Of a stretch of DNA of 64,000 bases, positions 12,116 to 22,696 are shown piece after piece; within the stretch, counting starts at the first letter, position 1, and each line of letters starts with the position of its first letter. Both the position numbers and the translations under genes were made by a program. Source of the stretch: a cyanobacterium endosymbiont of Rhopalodia gibba (lineage in GTDB: Bacteria; Cyanobacteriota; Cyanobacteriia; Cyanobacteriales; Microcystaceae); NCBI GenBank assembly GCA_045159875.1, contig CP067995.1, forward strand, positions 1,696,001 to 1,760,000, given 5' to 3'. A model generated the notes under the pieces. The model searched no databases and was not told the origin of the DNA. It worked only from the letters and a program-made list of their open reading frames with translations.

Positions 12116-13525
12116 ATGATTAACTGGACCGATAAAAATAGAGTAAAAGGTTGGGTAAGAAAATTATTTTGGCTGGGAGTTGTCATTACTCTGGCAATTT
12201 TTCTATTGAATTTCATTTTAATAGGGTTTGGAGTATACGGAGATGGGATAGGGTATTATACACCTCTACGTTCCTTGATTTTTGATGGTGATCTTCGAAT
12301 TTATGATGAATACGAATATTTATCCCATTCTGCATCTAATTTTGGTGGGGGTGCTCGTGTAGATCAAGCTATTCCCCAATACAGTAAATATACTTTGGGT
12401 TTAGGATTGATTCTATCCCCCTTTTTTGCCCTCGGACATTTTGCAACCTTAATTGCAAATATTTTAGGGTTAGAAATTGACCCGAATGGACTGACTTGGA
12501 GTTATGAATTATTTTATTGTCTGGGCAGTATCATATTAGGTATTTTTGGACTAATTGCTTGCTATAAAGCCGCCAGATTATTTTTTAGTCAGACTGCTTC
12601 TGTCTTAGCTGTAGCAGGAATTTGGTTTGCCTCTCCTTTGAGTTTTTACCTTACTCTAGAAGTTTCTATGTCTCATGCTGTCTCTCAATTTTTAATTTCT
12701 ATATTTCTCTATATTTGTATTTCTACAGTTTGGGTAAAACAACGCCGTCAACAAATTTTACTAGGACTAGTTTTGGGATTAGGGACATTTGTTCGTCCGC
12801 AAAATATTTTGTTTGCTATTGTTCCTATCACCATGATTGTCTGGAATATAATTAATAGAGTCATTAAAGCTAACCAAATTGGTATAAATACCCCCTGGAA
12901 AGGGATGATTAAACTACCAGATATTACTTCATTAGCTGTGATAGGATTTGTAGCTTGTTTAATGCAGCTTCCCCAAATTTTTATCTATCAATGGCAATAT
13001 AATAGTTTTTTTAAAATTCCTTATCTAGAAGAGGGGGGAGCAGAAGGATATGAATCGAGTTTTAACTGGATTCGACCACAAATTAGTAATGTTTTATTTT
13101 CGGGACATCGCGGTCTATTTTTTTGGCATCCTGTATTATTTTTAAGTATCATTGGCTTAATTTTAGTTTTTCAAAAATTACCAATGTTAGTAACAAGTTT
13201 TTTACTGGCTTTTGGATTACAAGTTTATTTAGTTGCTTCTTGGTGGTGTTGGTGGCAAGGCTCAAGTTTTGGGGGAAGAATGTTTATAAATTGTAGTTTG
13301 ATTTTTGTTTGGGGATTAGCAGCTTTTTGGGATAATTTATCCTGTAAAAGATTGCCACTGATTGGAGTAGGAGTGACTCTATTTTTAATGGGATGGAATG
13401 CCTTATTAATTCTACAATACGAATCAGGGATGATTCCTTCAGAAGACGCTGTTACTATTAGAGAAGTTTTACATAATCAATTGTTTGCCATTCCTCACTT
13501 TATGAATCATCTTTTTAATCGTTAG
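12116..13525 (+). CDS. Polytopic membrane protein, probable GT-C fold (PMT/ArnT-like) glycosyltransferase
   Basis: Many hydrophobic segments, acidic first loop (GDGIGYY..DGDL), FVRPQN, GHRGLFFWHP, WWQGSSFGGRMF. Confidence 0.65.
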   Translation: MINWTDKNRVKGWVRKLFWLGVVITLAIFLLNFILIGFGVYGDGIGYYTPLRSLIFDGDLRIYDEYEYLSHSASNFGGGARVDQAIPQYSKYTLGLGLILSPFFALGHFATLIANILGLEIDPNGLTWSYELFYCLGSIILGIFGLIACYKAARLFFSQTASVLAVAGIWFASPLSFYLTLEVSMSHAVSQFLISIFLYICISTVWVKQRRQQILLGLVLGLGTFVRPQNILFAIVPITMIVWNIINRVIKANQIGINTPWKGMIKLPDITSLAVIGFVACLMQLPQIFIYQWQYNSFFKIPYLEEGGAEGYESSFNWIRPQISNVLFSGHRGLFFWHPVLFLSIIGLILVFQKLPMLVTSFLLAFGLQVYLVASWWCWWQGSSFGGRMFINCSLIFVWGLAAFWDNLSCKRLPLIGVGVTLFLMGWNALLILQYESGMIPSEDAVTIREVLHNQLFAIPHFMNHLFNR

Positions 13526-13663
13526 TCATTAATTTATGATTTTTTAATTTAAAAATTTATAATTATTTACTTTAAATTGTTAATTATAGTGGTAGGCTTT
13601 AATCCTAGTGAATTAATAGTCAGTTATCATATAAGATGAAGTTTTAGTAACTTTTAATTGCAG

Positions 13664-14887
13664 ATGTCTCCTGTTATCCCTTCTAAAAATTTAGCTTGGT
13701 TGTATCGAGGAACTCATGAAATCTTCCCCCATCAACCCAATTCAGATAACTTTGAAGAAAATCTTGAAAAATACCTGAACAAATGCGATCATCCTCTCAG
13801 AGTCAAGTTAGGAATCGACCCCACAGATTCGAACATTCATCTAGGCCATAGTATCCCTTTTCGAAAGTTAAGATCGTTTCAGGATGCAGGCCATACTGCT
13901 GTAGTAATTATAGGGGATTTCACTGCACAAATTGGTGACCCGACAGGAAGATCGGAAGTTAGGAAACAATTAACGCAGGAACAGGTTCAGGAGAACGCTA
14001 AAAACTATTTAGAACAATTGTCTTCTATTCTTGATTTTGAAACCCCAGGACGATTAGAGATTCGCTACAATTCTGAATGGTTAAAAGAATTAAATTTAGT
14101 TAAAATTCAAGAATTATTAGCCACAATGACCGTAGGGCAAATGTTAGCTAAAGAAGGATTTGCAGAAAGATTTAAACAAGAAAATCCTATTTTTCTCCAT
14201 GAATTTTTGTACCCCTTAATGCAGGGTTATGATTCAGTGATGATTGATGCAGATATAGAATTGGGGGGAACGGATCAAAAATTTAATATTGCTGTAGGAA
14301 GAGACTTACAAAGATACTTTGGAAAAACTCCTCAATTTGGTTTATTATTACCTATCTTAATCGGGACAGATGGACATCAAAAAATGTCTAAATCTCTCAA
14401 TAACTATGTTGGCTTAAAAGAAAATGCATTGTCGATGTATTCAAAGTTAGAAAAGACTCCAGATACTTTAATTAGAAGTTATTTTGAATTATTAACTAAA
14501 TTACCATTAGATAATTTATCTGAAAATCCAAGAGACTGTCAAAAACAATTAGGGATTGAAATTGTCTCTCAATTCCATGGAAGAGACGCTGCTTTAACTG
14601 CAAAAAAAACGGCCGAAGAGTTAGTGAAAAAGAGAACTGGAACCTCGAACGATATAGTAGCTGAATATGACCTCTCTGGAGTAGAATTTCCCGCTAAACT
14701 GTTTTATGTTTTGAGTGCCAGTGGATTATGTAGCAGTAGTGGAGAAGGAAGACGACAACTTCAAGGGGGTGCAGTTCGTTTAGACGGTGATCGTGTTACT
14801 GACGTTAACTCAAGTTTTGAAACTGTCGAAGAACTCCAAGGCAAAGTATTACAAGTAGGTAAGAAAAAATTTGTTAGGTTGGTTTGA
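13664..14887 (+). CDS. tyrS: Tyrosine--tRNA ligase
   Basis: [35 protein letters not shown]-terminal S4 domain ending VGKKKF. Confidence 0.97.
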   Translation: MSPVIPSKNLAWLYRGTHEIFPHQPNSDNFEENLEKYLNKCDHPLRVKLGIDPTDSNIHLGHSIPFRKLRSFQDAGHTAVVIIGDFTAQIGDPTGRSEVRKQLTQEQVQENAKNYLEQLSSILDFETPGRLEIRYNSEWLKELNLVKIQELLATMTVGQMLAKEGFAERFKQENPIFLHEFLYPLMQGYDSVMIDADIELGGTDQKFNIAVGRDLQRYFGKTPQFGLLLPILIGTDGHQKMSKSLNNYVGLKENALSMYSKLEKTPDTLIRSYFELLTKLPLDNLSENPRDCQKQLGIEIVSQFHGRDAALTAKKTAEELVKKRTGTSNDIVAEYDLSGVEFPAKLFYVLSASGLCSSSGEGRRQLQGGAVRLDGDRVTDVNSSFETVEELQGKVLQVGKKKFVRLV

Positions 14888-15234
14888 ACAATTGACATAA
14901 ATCCGGTATTCATAGCTTCTTTATTCTCAAACTCTGCTGTCTTCTGCCTGTTTTATTATTTTTTAATATAAATAATTTTTTGTAAATAAATTTTAGATAT
15001 GATTGAGTATTTTTTTCTTCTAATAATCTATTGTATAGCCCGCAAATTAAATTCATCATAAACTAGTTAGATCATAGAAAATTCTAACTGAAATCTTTAA
15101 AATTTTTTATATAATTTTCTATTTATTGATACTCCCCTTGTCTTATATATAAGAGATCTTAATAGTTAATGAATAAAAAGTAGACTGAACCATACAGGTG
15201 AAGTTGCTCTCGATATAGAAATTTATTAGTTTAT

Positions 15235-15323
15235 CCTCTTGAGATACAGCATTTTCAACTTTAATGTTCTTTGTTTAGTCCCTAAAGAGGAGTTGTTCGG
15301 TGCAAATGCTGTATCTCAAGAGG
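15235..15323. repeat. Perfect inverted repeat, 20-bp arms, 49-nt spacer
   Basis: CCTCTTGAGATACAGCATTT (15235-15254) and AAATGCTGTATCTCAAGAGG (15304-15323), between convergent tyrS and metF. Confidence 0.95.
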
Positions 15324-15624
15324 TATGTAATTAAAATCTAAAAAATAATGCCAAAAATACGTAAATTTAAATAATGGCAAATGAAAGTATTTTTATTGTT
15401 TTAATTGTATAAATCAATCTACATTTACCAATACAAAATTAAGTTTTATATTGATTCATACTTATCTACTTAACACATACTTTCTGCTTTAAAATTAACA
15501 ACTTCATAGTTCACCAATATGATAACTTACATTAATTTTCCGAGATGTATGACAATTTAGAAAAATGAGCATAAATTTTGGAGAAATCCTAGAAATTAAT
15601 TTTTTTCCCAGAATTTTCATTAAG

Positions 15625-16536
15625 TTAATTAATAACAGCTTGTTCCAAAGAAATCGGAGAAATTCCTGCTAAATTTAAAATCTTAGGAATCAAATCTTCA
15701 CGTTTAACAGCCATAACATGAACTCCTTGACATAATTCTCTAGCTAGTTGTACTTGTTCAGCAGCAATTTTAACTCCTTCTTGCAAAGCGTCATCGGCAT
15801 TGGCCAACCTTTGGATAGTCGTTTCAGGAATTTTCACTCCGGGAACATTACGGTTAATAAAATTAGCATTTTTAGCTGATTTCAACAGAAAAATTCCCGC
15901 CAAAATTGGTTTACCCGTTCCTGCAGCTATTTGATGCATAAACTTATCTAATTGCTCAAAGTCTGTAATCAATTGACTCTGAAAAAATTGCGCTCCTGCG
16001 GCTAATTTTCGTTCGAACCTTCGTTGTAACCCAGACCAACTAGGGCATTGAGGATCAACTGCTGCCCCAGCAAATAAATCTAGGGGGTCATCGGGAAGAG
16101 ATTGATCATTAAAATCAACCCCACGATTAAGATTATTAATCATTTTGAGTAGTCGAACAGATTCCAGCTCAAATACCGTCTTTGCTTTCTTGTGATCGCC
16201 TGCATTAACTGGGTCACCAGTTAATGCCAAAACATTGCGTAATCCTAGAGCATAAGCCCCCATTAAGTCAGCTTGTAATCCAATTACATTACGATCACGG
16301 CAAGCAATCTGACAAATAGGTTCTATCCCATATTGTAACAACAAGGCTGAAGCTGCTATGGAAGACATTCGCAAGACAGCCCTACTTCCATCAGTTACGT
16401 TAATCCCATGAACTCTTCCTTTAAGTTTTTTAGCCATCTCCACCATACGGACAGGATTGCCTCCTTTTGGAGGAGTCACTTCTGCAGTAATTAGAAATTC
16501 TTTGTTTTGAACAGCTTGTCGAAAACGATTGATCAT
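15625..16536 (-). CDS. metF: Methylenetetrahydrofolate reductase
   Basis: ITAEVTPPKG, NVTDG, ACRDRN, LALTGDP, KLAAGAQFFQSQ. Confidence 0.93.
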   Translation of the reverse strand: MINRFRQAVQNKEFLITAEVTPPKGGNPVRMVEMAKKLKGRVHGINVTDGSRAVLRMSSIAASALLLQYGIEPICQIACRDRNVIGLQADLMGAYALGLRNVLALTGDPVNAGDHKKAKTVFELESVRLLKMINNLNRGVDFNDQSLPDDPLDLFAGAAVDPQCPSWSGLQRRFERKLAAGAQFFQSQLITDFEQLDKFMHQIAAGTGKPILAGIFLLKSAKNANFINRNVPGVKIPETTIQRLANADDALQEGVKIAAEQVQLARELCQGVHVMAVKREDLIPKILNLAGISPISLEQAVIN

Positions 16537-16577
16537 GAGAATAATGACGAATAGAATTAAGGGTTTTTAGGTAGTTT

Positions 16578-17588
16578 TTAAAAAGAGGCTAAATATCCTA
16601 AAACTACTTTGACTCGTTCTAAAGTTTGATTAGCAACAGCTTCAGCTTTTTCTTTTCCCCCCTTCAAGACCGATTCTAAATAATCTTTATTGTTCATTAT
16701 TTCTTGAAATTTTACTTGAATAGGTCTAAGGGTTTCTACTGTTGTTTCACTCAGTAGAGGTTTAAATCTTCCCCATCCCATTCCTTGACATTCAAAGATT
16801 ACTTGTTCTTTCGTTTTCCCTGATAATAAACCGTACAATTTTAATAAGTTGTTACATTCAGGACGTTCTAGATTATCAAATTCTAAACCTAGAATATGGT
16901 CAGTTTTACAGCGTTTAATTTTTTTATTGATTAATTCAGGAGGGTCTAATAGATTGATTCGACTCATATCCGAGATATCAGATTTGGACATTTTACGAGT
17001 ACCATCAGTTAAACTCATGATTCTCGCACCTTCATTTCTTATTAAGGGTTCGGGGACCTTAACTACAGGTTTTTCAGGAGTAGCAAATTGATCATTTAAA
17101 CGAATGGCGATATCACGGGTTAATTCTAAATGCTGTTTCTGATCTGCTCCTACGGGAACGCAATCAGCATCGTACAGAAGAATGTCGGCAGCCATCAATA
17201 CGGGATAGTCAAGTAAGCCAACACTAACGTTCTCACCTTGTTTAAGTGCTTTGTCCTTGAACTGTATCATTCGTTCTAGCCAGTTGAGAGGGGTAATACA
17301 GTTTAGTAGCCAAGCAAGTTCGCTATGGGCTTTTACATGGGACTGGACAAAGATAGTCGCGTGCTCCAAATCAATACCACAGGCTAAGTAAAGAGCCGCA
17401 ATCGTATAGGTATTCTGGGCTAAAGTTTGAGGATCGTGGGGAACTGTAATAGCATGCAAGTCCACTACACAGAAGAAATTATCGTAATTTTTCTGAATCT
17501 GTACCCAATTGCTAATTGCCCCTAAATAGTTGCCTAAATGTAGATTGCCTGTGGGTTGAACCCCTGATAGTACTCGTTGTTTTCCCAT
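16578..17588 (-). CDS. trpS: Tryptophan--tRNA ligase
   Basis: SGVQPTGNLHLGNY, YPVLMAADIL, VPVGADQKQHLE, KMSKS. Confidence 0.98.
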   Translation of the reverse strand: MGKQRVLSGVQPTGNLHLGNYLGAISNWVQIQKNYDNFFCVVDLHAITVPHDPQTLAQNTYTIAALYLACGIDLEHATIFVQSHVKAHSELAWLLNCITPLNWLERMIQFKDKALKQGENVSVGLLDYPVLMAADILLYDADCVPVGADQKQHLELTRDIAIRLNDQFATPEKPVVKVPEPLIRNEGARIMSLTDGTRKMSKSDISDMSRINLLDPPELINKKIKRCKTDHILGLEFDNLERPECNNLLKLYGLLSGKTKEQVIFECQGMGWGRFKPLLSETTVETLRPIQVKFQEIMNNKDYLESVLKGGKEKAEAVANQTLERVKVVLGYLASF

Positions 17589-17943
17589 TCTTGATTATAC
17601 TGTTAACGGTTATGGCTGACCCTTCATCATAGTAATTATCGACAACGCGAATGCATGCCTACATTCTTAAAACTAAAATCTGTCTTGTAACATTCAAGTA
17701 CCTTAATTGTCAAGGATAAAAGAGACAAAAAGCAAGAAGATTCCTTTGTGCTTAAAAGATTTAGGGGAACGAAAATTTGTTCCCCTAATGTTAGTGATTT
17801 ATTACTCTGTTTTTTTATCTCGGTTTTGACGATGGCGAGCATACTACTGTAGCCTAGTTAGGTAACATGATCGTCGTCAACTAAGCTCAGCAACCCTAAA
17901 GCAACCAAAAAGCTTTATTGAGCACAGGCGTTGTCTCCACTGC

Positions 17944-18033
17944 TTAGAAACCATTACGACCCCATACAACCATTGCTAGAGACCAGGTAAATAAGGCTAA
18001 AATGCCAACCCAACCGAGAGCCAAAATATCCAT
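17944..18033 (-). CDS. petN: Cytochrome b6f subunit 8 (PetN), 29 aa, missed by the ORF track
   Basis: Hand translation [29 protein letters not shown]. Confidence 0.96.
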   Translation of the reverse strand: MDILALGWVGILALFTWSLAMVVWGRNGF

Positions 18034-19090
18034 AGTTGTTTATGTCTGTGACTAATGCACTTGTTCAAAATTACAGACTCTATAATACTTCTATTAGGTG
18101 AAGTTATGGAAGATCATAGGAAAACAAATGTCGGACTTAAGAATGTCTTAAATCGCTCAAAGTAGGGAATTTAAAGTTTATCACTTTTACGGAAATTACC
18201 CAATAGTCAGGATGATTAATTACTTTCTGATCAAATTAAACCCCTTAAAATTTTTAACACTGGGGTTAAGATCGGCGCTCACTTTGTTGAGTGTATTTTT
18301 GTTTGTGGTCACTTGCTATCACACTATTCGCCTCTATAACAATGATTATCTCAGAAATTGAACAATTATGGCTTTTGGGTGAGTTTCTGGATTTGTTCTC
18401 GTAAAAGTATCTTCAAATTTGATTCATAACTCGATGTAATTAAGTTTGTTAACTTTCAAGAGTCTTTTGGGCTTTACAATTACTTATTTTTACCTAAATT
18501 TAGCTTTTTATTATTTAGAAATAATACTTTTTACTAAATTTTTAGCATTAATTTAATTAAAAAATATGGATGTTTTAAACTGTATATAACTAGAAAATGA
18601 AATAGGTTATAATCTTTAATAAGTTCACTGAACTGCATTAATAGAAGATAATGAATTCTTAACAGTTTTACTCTCATGAAGATTAACTATATCTACTTCG
18701 TCAGAAGATGAAGACTGCAGTCCTTAATATATAAATAATAATTATTTATAATATTTTTTGACATTTTTATCCTATTTTTAATGATTCTAAATTTAATTTT
18801 TTTTAGATTTTAATATAATATTTTTACCCCTTTTTTTACCCTAAAAAAATTTTTTAGGTTGTAATTTAAGTTTGACAGTTCTTTCTCTTTTAATTATGCT
18901 AACTCAACTTTGAGCAAACTAACATCTAAAAATTATTTTTTTTGACTGTCTTTCTATTTTAGGCTTATTTAAGCTTACCTATTTAACAGTTATAGAACCA
19001 ATTTTCCTAGGTCTTCGTCTTACATAAATAGGATATACCCATCAATTTATCCTAAATATACGAAGAATATTGCTCATAATTCAGCAACAT

Positions 19091-19579
19091 TTAATTACCC
19101 ACCATCTGCTGTACCTTTTTTTGTAATTTACGATCTTGGGAGATAATGGTTTCAATCTGCTGAAAACGCTTGATTTCTAATCCCTGAGACTGGACTATGC
19201 GCTCTTTTTTTTGTTCTGTATTAACGATAATCTCTTCTACTTCACTCATAGTTTTTTGAAATTTCTCTAGTTCCTCTAGTGAAGCCTGAAGTCCAGTTGC
19301 ATAATTATAGTTCTTATGACTTTGTCCGATTTCCATAAATCGTTCGTAACTTAGTCCTCCTTTTTTTATTGTTATTGCCATTTTTCGTTGAGTTCTATAG
19401 TCAATTTCTCGAAATTGCTGTAGAATTTGAGCAAATTGTCTCAGTTCTAAGGGGCTAATTTCTGAATGTTCGGACTCAAAAAACTGCGGGGTTCTAACCT
19501 CAATTTGACCATGAACAGGTAGGGATATAAATAAGGAAAAAACTCCTGTAATTCCTCCGACCATAATTAGTTTAAGCAT
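19091..19579 (-). CDS. Secreted DUF4168-like protein
   Basis: Signal peptide and two repeats of the EL..FA...GL(S/E)..RF..I pattern, ending LQKKVQQM. Confidence 0.75.
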   Translation of the reverse strand: MLKLIMVGGITGVFSLFISLPVHGQIEVRTPQFFESEHSEISPLELRQFAQILQQFREIDYRTQRKMAITIKKGGLSYERFMEIGQSHKNYNYATGLQASLEELEKFQKTMSEVEEIIVNTEQKKERIVQSQGLEIKRFQQIETIISQDRKLQKKVQQMVGN

Positions 19580-20009
19580 TAGATGAATTCACTTTGTTGA
19601 TTGTTGATAAATGTATAAAAATCTCAATTTTTCTCAAACGTTAACACAGTCATCCTGAAAATTGCAAGTCACTAGTTTGTGAGCAGTTGTATTATCGAGC
19701 TATAATGGTTAGATGTCCAACTTTTTCGAGATTATGATCTCTGATAGTATAGTTAATTTCTAGATTTTAGGTCCTGATGAAACTGTATCGCTAAAATTTC
19801 TTTATCTGTCTCTAGTTCGTCTTCTAGACTATTTTAGTGACACCGTTGCTTGGGAATAATTGACAAAGATGTAAGCCATGTTTCCTCCAAACATATTCCA
19901 GAGCTTTCCTAAATTCCTGTCCTCAGGAACAGAGACGAGAGAAAAAATAATAAGTTCAGCAAAGAAACAACAAAACTTCCAACAACTTTGGCATATATTT
20001 TTACTCTTT

Positions 20010-20480
20010 TTTTAAGTTTCTAAAGTATATTTTTAATATATTTCTTATTTCATAAAATTTTCCTCTCTATATCTTGGTCTCTGACTCTGAGTAATAATGG
20101 TGTCTGAGTTTTTTAAAATAGTCCCATTCTCTCTATCCTCAAGCTCTTTAAACACAATTTTTTTTATATCCAACGAGCTACTTTTAATCCTATCTATATT
20201 TGTATATCTATAGATTTTTATGTTAATTTATGGGGCAAATTTTCAAGTAGTCTATCAATCAAGGAAAATTTCTTTCCTCTTCTTTGCCTCAAATCATTAT
20301 TTTTTATATCTTTCTACTTTTTGCAAAAAATTATATTTTTGAAATTTTTTCCACTATAATTACAGAATATTGCTATAGAGAACGCACTATTTTTAGGTAT
20401 TTATTTCTGAGATATTTTTAAAATTCACCATTTTTTTGAGCTACATGATTTTACTCTATAAGCATTGTTTCTATCTAGAT
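20010..20480 (-). mobile_element. IS630-family transposase (N-terminal/winged-helix part) remnant
   Basis: Minus-strand pieces ILKISQK*IPKNSA, GLKVARWI*KK, REWDYFKK and QSQRPRYR match the cyanobacterial IS630 pattern WKISLGWTIKNSA...GPKVARWIEKE...RGWDYLKK..WQSPRPKH. Confidence 0.6.
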
Positions 20481-21540
20481 TATTTTACCACCTTTATTAA
20501 GTAATATTTGACAATCAAATCTAGTATTTTTTAAAAAAAAATAGTGTTTAACTAAATTACTTTTGTAATAGGTGAATAACAACCAGGTACCCTAATAAGC
20601 TTTTCGAAGAAGACAACAGACAATAGTTCTTCTCTCCTGGAGATTAAATCAAGAAAAACTAAAATTACGGGTATCAATAATAACACAATAAACCAGATTC
20701 AATTTATGTAATTTAAATTTACGTAATAGAAAACATAAATATTCGTAAACTTTTTTGGAAAAATCAAGTTTTTTGATAATTAGTTAGTTTTTAAAACCTG
20801 CTACTTTTTTTTACTCTTAATAAGAAGTATATTTTTTAAAGTTTTTATGGCTCATCAAATTAGTTTTTATATCTATTTTTTTGTTTTTTAGCACGGTAAG
20901 AAGTTTTAAATTTAGTATTTTTTGTCCACTTTAGTAAAAGTATTACTAAATTTTTGATCATTATCAGGAGATTTTCCAACCTTTAATCCTCTATCTAAAT
21001 TAATTCCAATTTTCTTGAGATAGTTAACTTGTTGATTTACCTAATCCCTTTTAAAGAAACGACTGTAATAGATTAATAAAATAAACTGGTATTTTGTCGT
21101 AATGGAACTTCTAACTCAAACCAGCAATGTAACCCATCATTAAATAGTAAAATCCTATCTATCGGAATGTGCAACTTTCTTAAGTTTAGTTTTTCTAAGA
21201 CTTTTTTTAAGGATTTAAAAATAATATTTACATAAATAATAGTAGTAATTGCGCTAAAGCTCTGATTTTGTAGATTTTTTGAGGCATAGTTGGCTATTGT
21301 ATTAATTTTACTTTTGTTTATGCCTTGCTGTGTTTACTGTCAAAGTACAAAAATTTTATTAAGTAACGGCACTAAAAAAACACATAGTTACATAATATTT
21401 TTGTTTGGTATAAATACTCCAGATTGCTGGGAAAATATCTTAAAACTCAATCATAGCTTGAGTTTCTATTTAGTAATAGAGCTTTTGTTAGACTAAATTT
21501 CACATTGGCTATTAAGAACTAAAGTTATTTCTTATAATAG

Positions 21541-21633
21541 AAATTATGGTTTATTATAAAATTCATATAACTAATTTTTTTAGATAATAATTTTGATTAT
21601 AAACCATAATTTAGTCAAAATTATTATCTAAAA
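21541..21633. repeat. Interlocked inverted repeats (A..B..A'..B')
   Basis: A=AAATTATGGTTTAT (21541-54), A' 21599-21612. B=TTTTAGATAATAATTTTGATTA (21578-99), B' 21612-33 with one mismatch. Confidence 0.9.
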
Positions 21634-21823
21634 TAACGTATAAAATTTAAGTTTAATTTTTAGCATGCTATCTTTCATTATTTTACAAATATATGACAAG
21701 AGGAATACAGATTGCTGAACAAAGCAGAAATTGACTAAGTATTAGCAATACTAATAGTAAGTTAAAAAACATGAAAAATAAAAAAATACTTTAAAGAAAA
21801 AATTATAAAATTTAAAAAAATTA

Positions 21824-21862
21824 AATTACCTTATATTTTATTTCGTAAAATATAAGGTAATT
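21824..21862. repeat. Perfect inverted repeat, 17-bp arms, 5-nt spacer
   Basis: AATTACCTTATATTTTA-tttcg-TAAAATATAAGGTAATT. Confidence 0.93.
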
Positions 21863-22696
21863 CGGGGCATAAACGGAAATAATTTAATTTTATAAAATTT
21901 TAATTAACTATTAACAGATAGCTCAATTAGATATTGTCAGTATTTTTAAGAAAAAACCCAATAATTTTATTAATAGCTCTTTTACATTTTCATAATATCT
22001 ATCTAACATTTTTTAAAATAAAAATTAAAACTAGGACTATTTTTAAAAAAATTTCCAATTAATTAGTGAACACTAGGATTTTTTTTGATCTACTTTGATT
22101 AAATTTTCTTTCCAATTGCCAATAAACTATTTTTAACAAACGTCATAAAACTTAGGCAAATCAACTTTTTAAGTCACATTTATTACTTTTTTTAACTTTT
22201 TTAAATTTTTAATAAAGTTATCTAAAGCCAAGATATAAAATTGATCATAAGATAATTTATTTATAGTGTTTTATAAGCGGAAATAAGAATATTAATTATC
22301 TGCTAATTAACCTAGAAATTGAGTTAATCATGCCATTGTATTTATTGTTATGTACTAGCTTTGTTATAGCAAATTTTCTTGAAGCTGTTGATTGTTATAT
22401 TGCACCATAGTTAAGTATTCTTAAGAGTTATTTTAAGCTTATATAATTTAATCTAAACGATACACAATAGCGCTATTAGATATTTACTATTAGACATTAA
22501 TCTCCCTTCGGAAGAGAGAATTTCAGATCTAGTAACAGATAACATCAAAAATTTGAGTTAGAATTAGCATCTGTTGCAACTGTTTCTTTTCTTTTTCTAT
22601 AGACGATGGGTTCAATAGTGTGTCCATACTTTTTCTAGTTTTCTTTGTTGCCTTAAAGGACCTACAATAAAATGATTAGCCACCCTAATTTATGCT

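Noticed and set aside
17636..17842. 68-aa ORF between trpS and petN
   Set aside because: No recognisable family or motif; may be spurious or a remnant.
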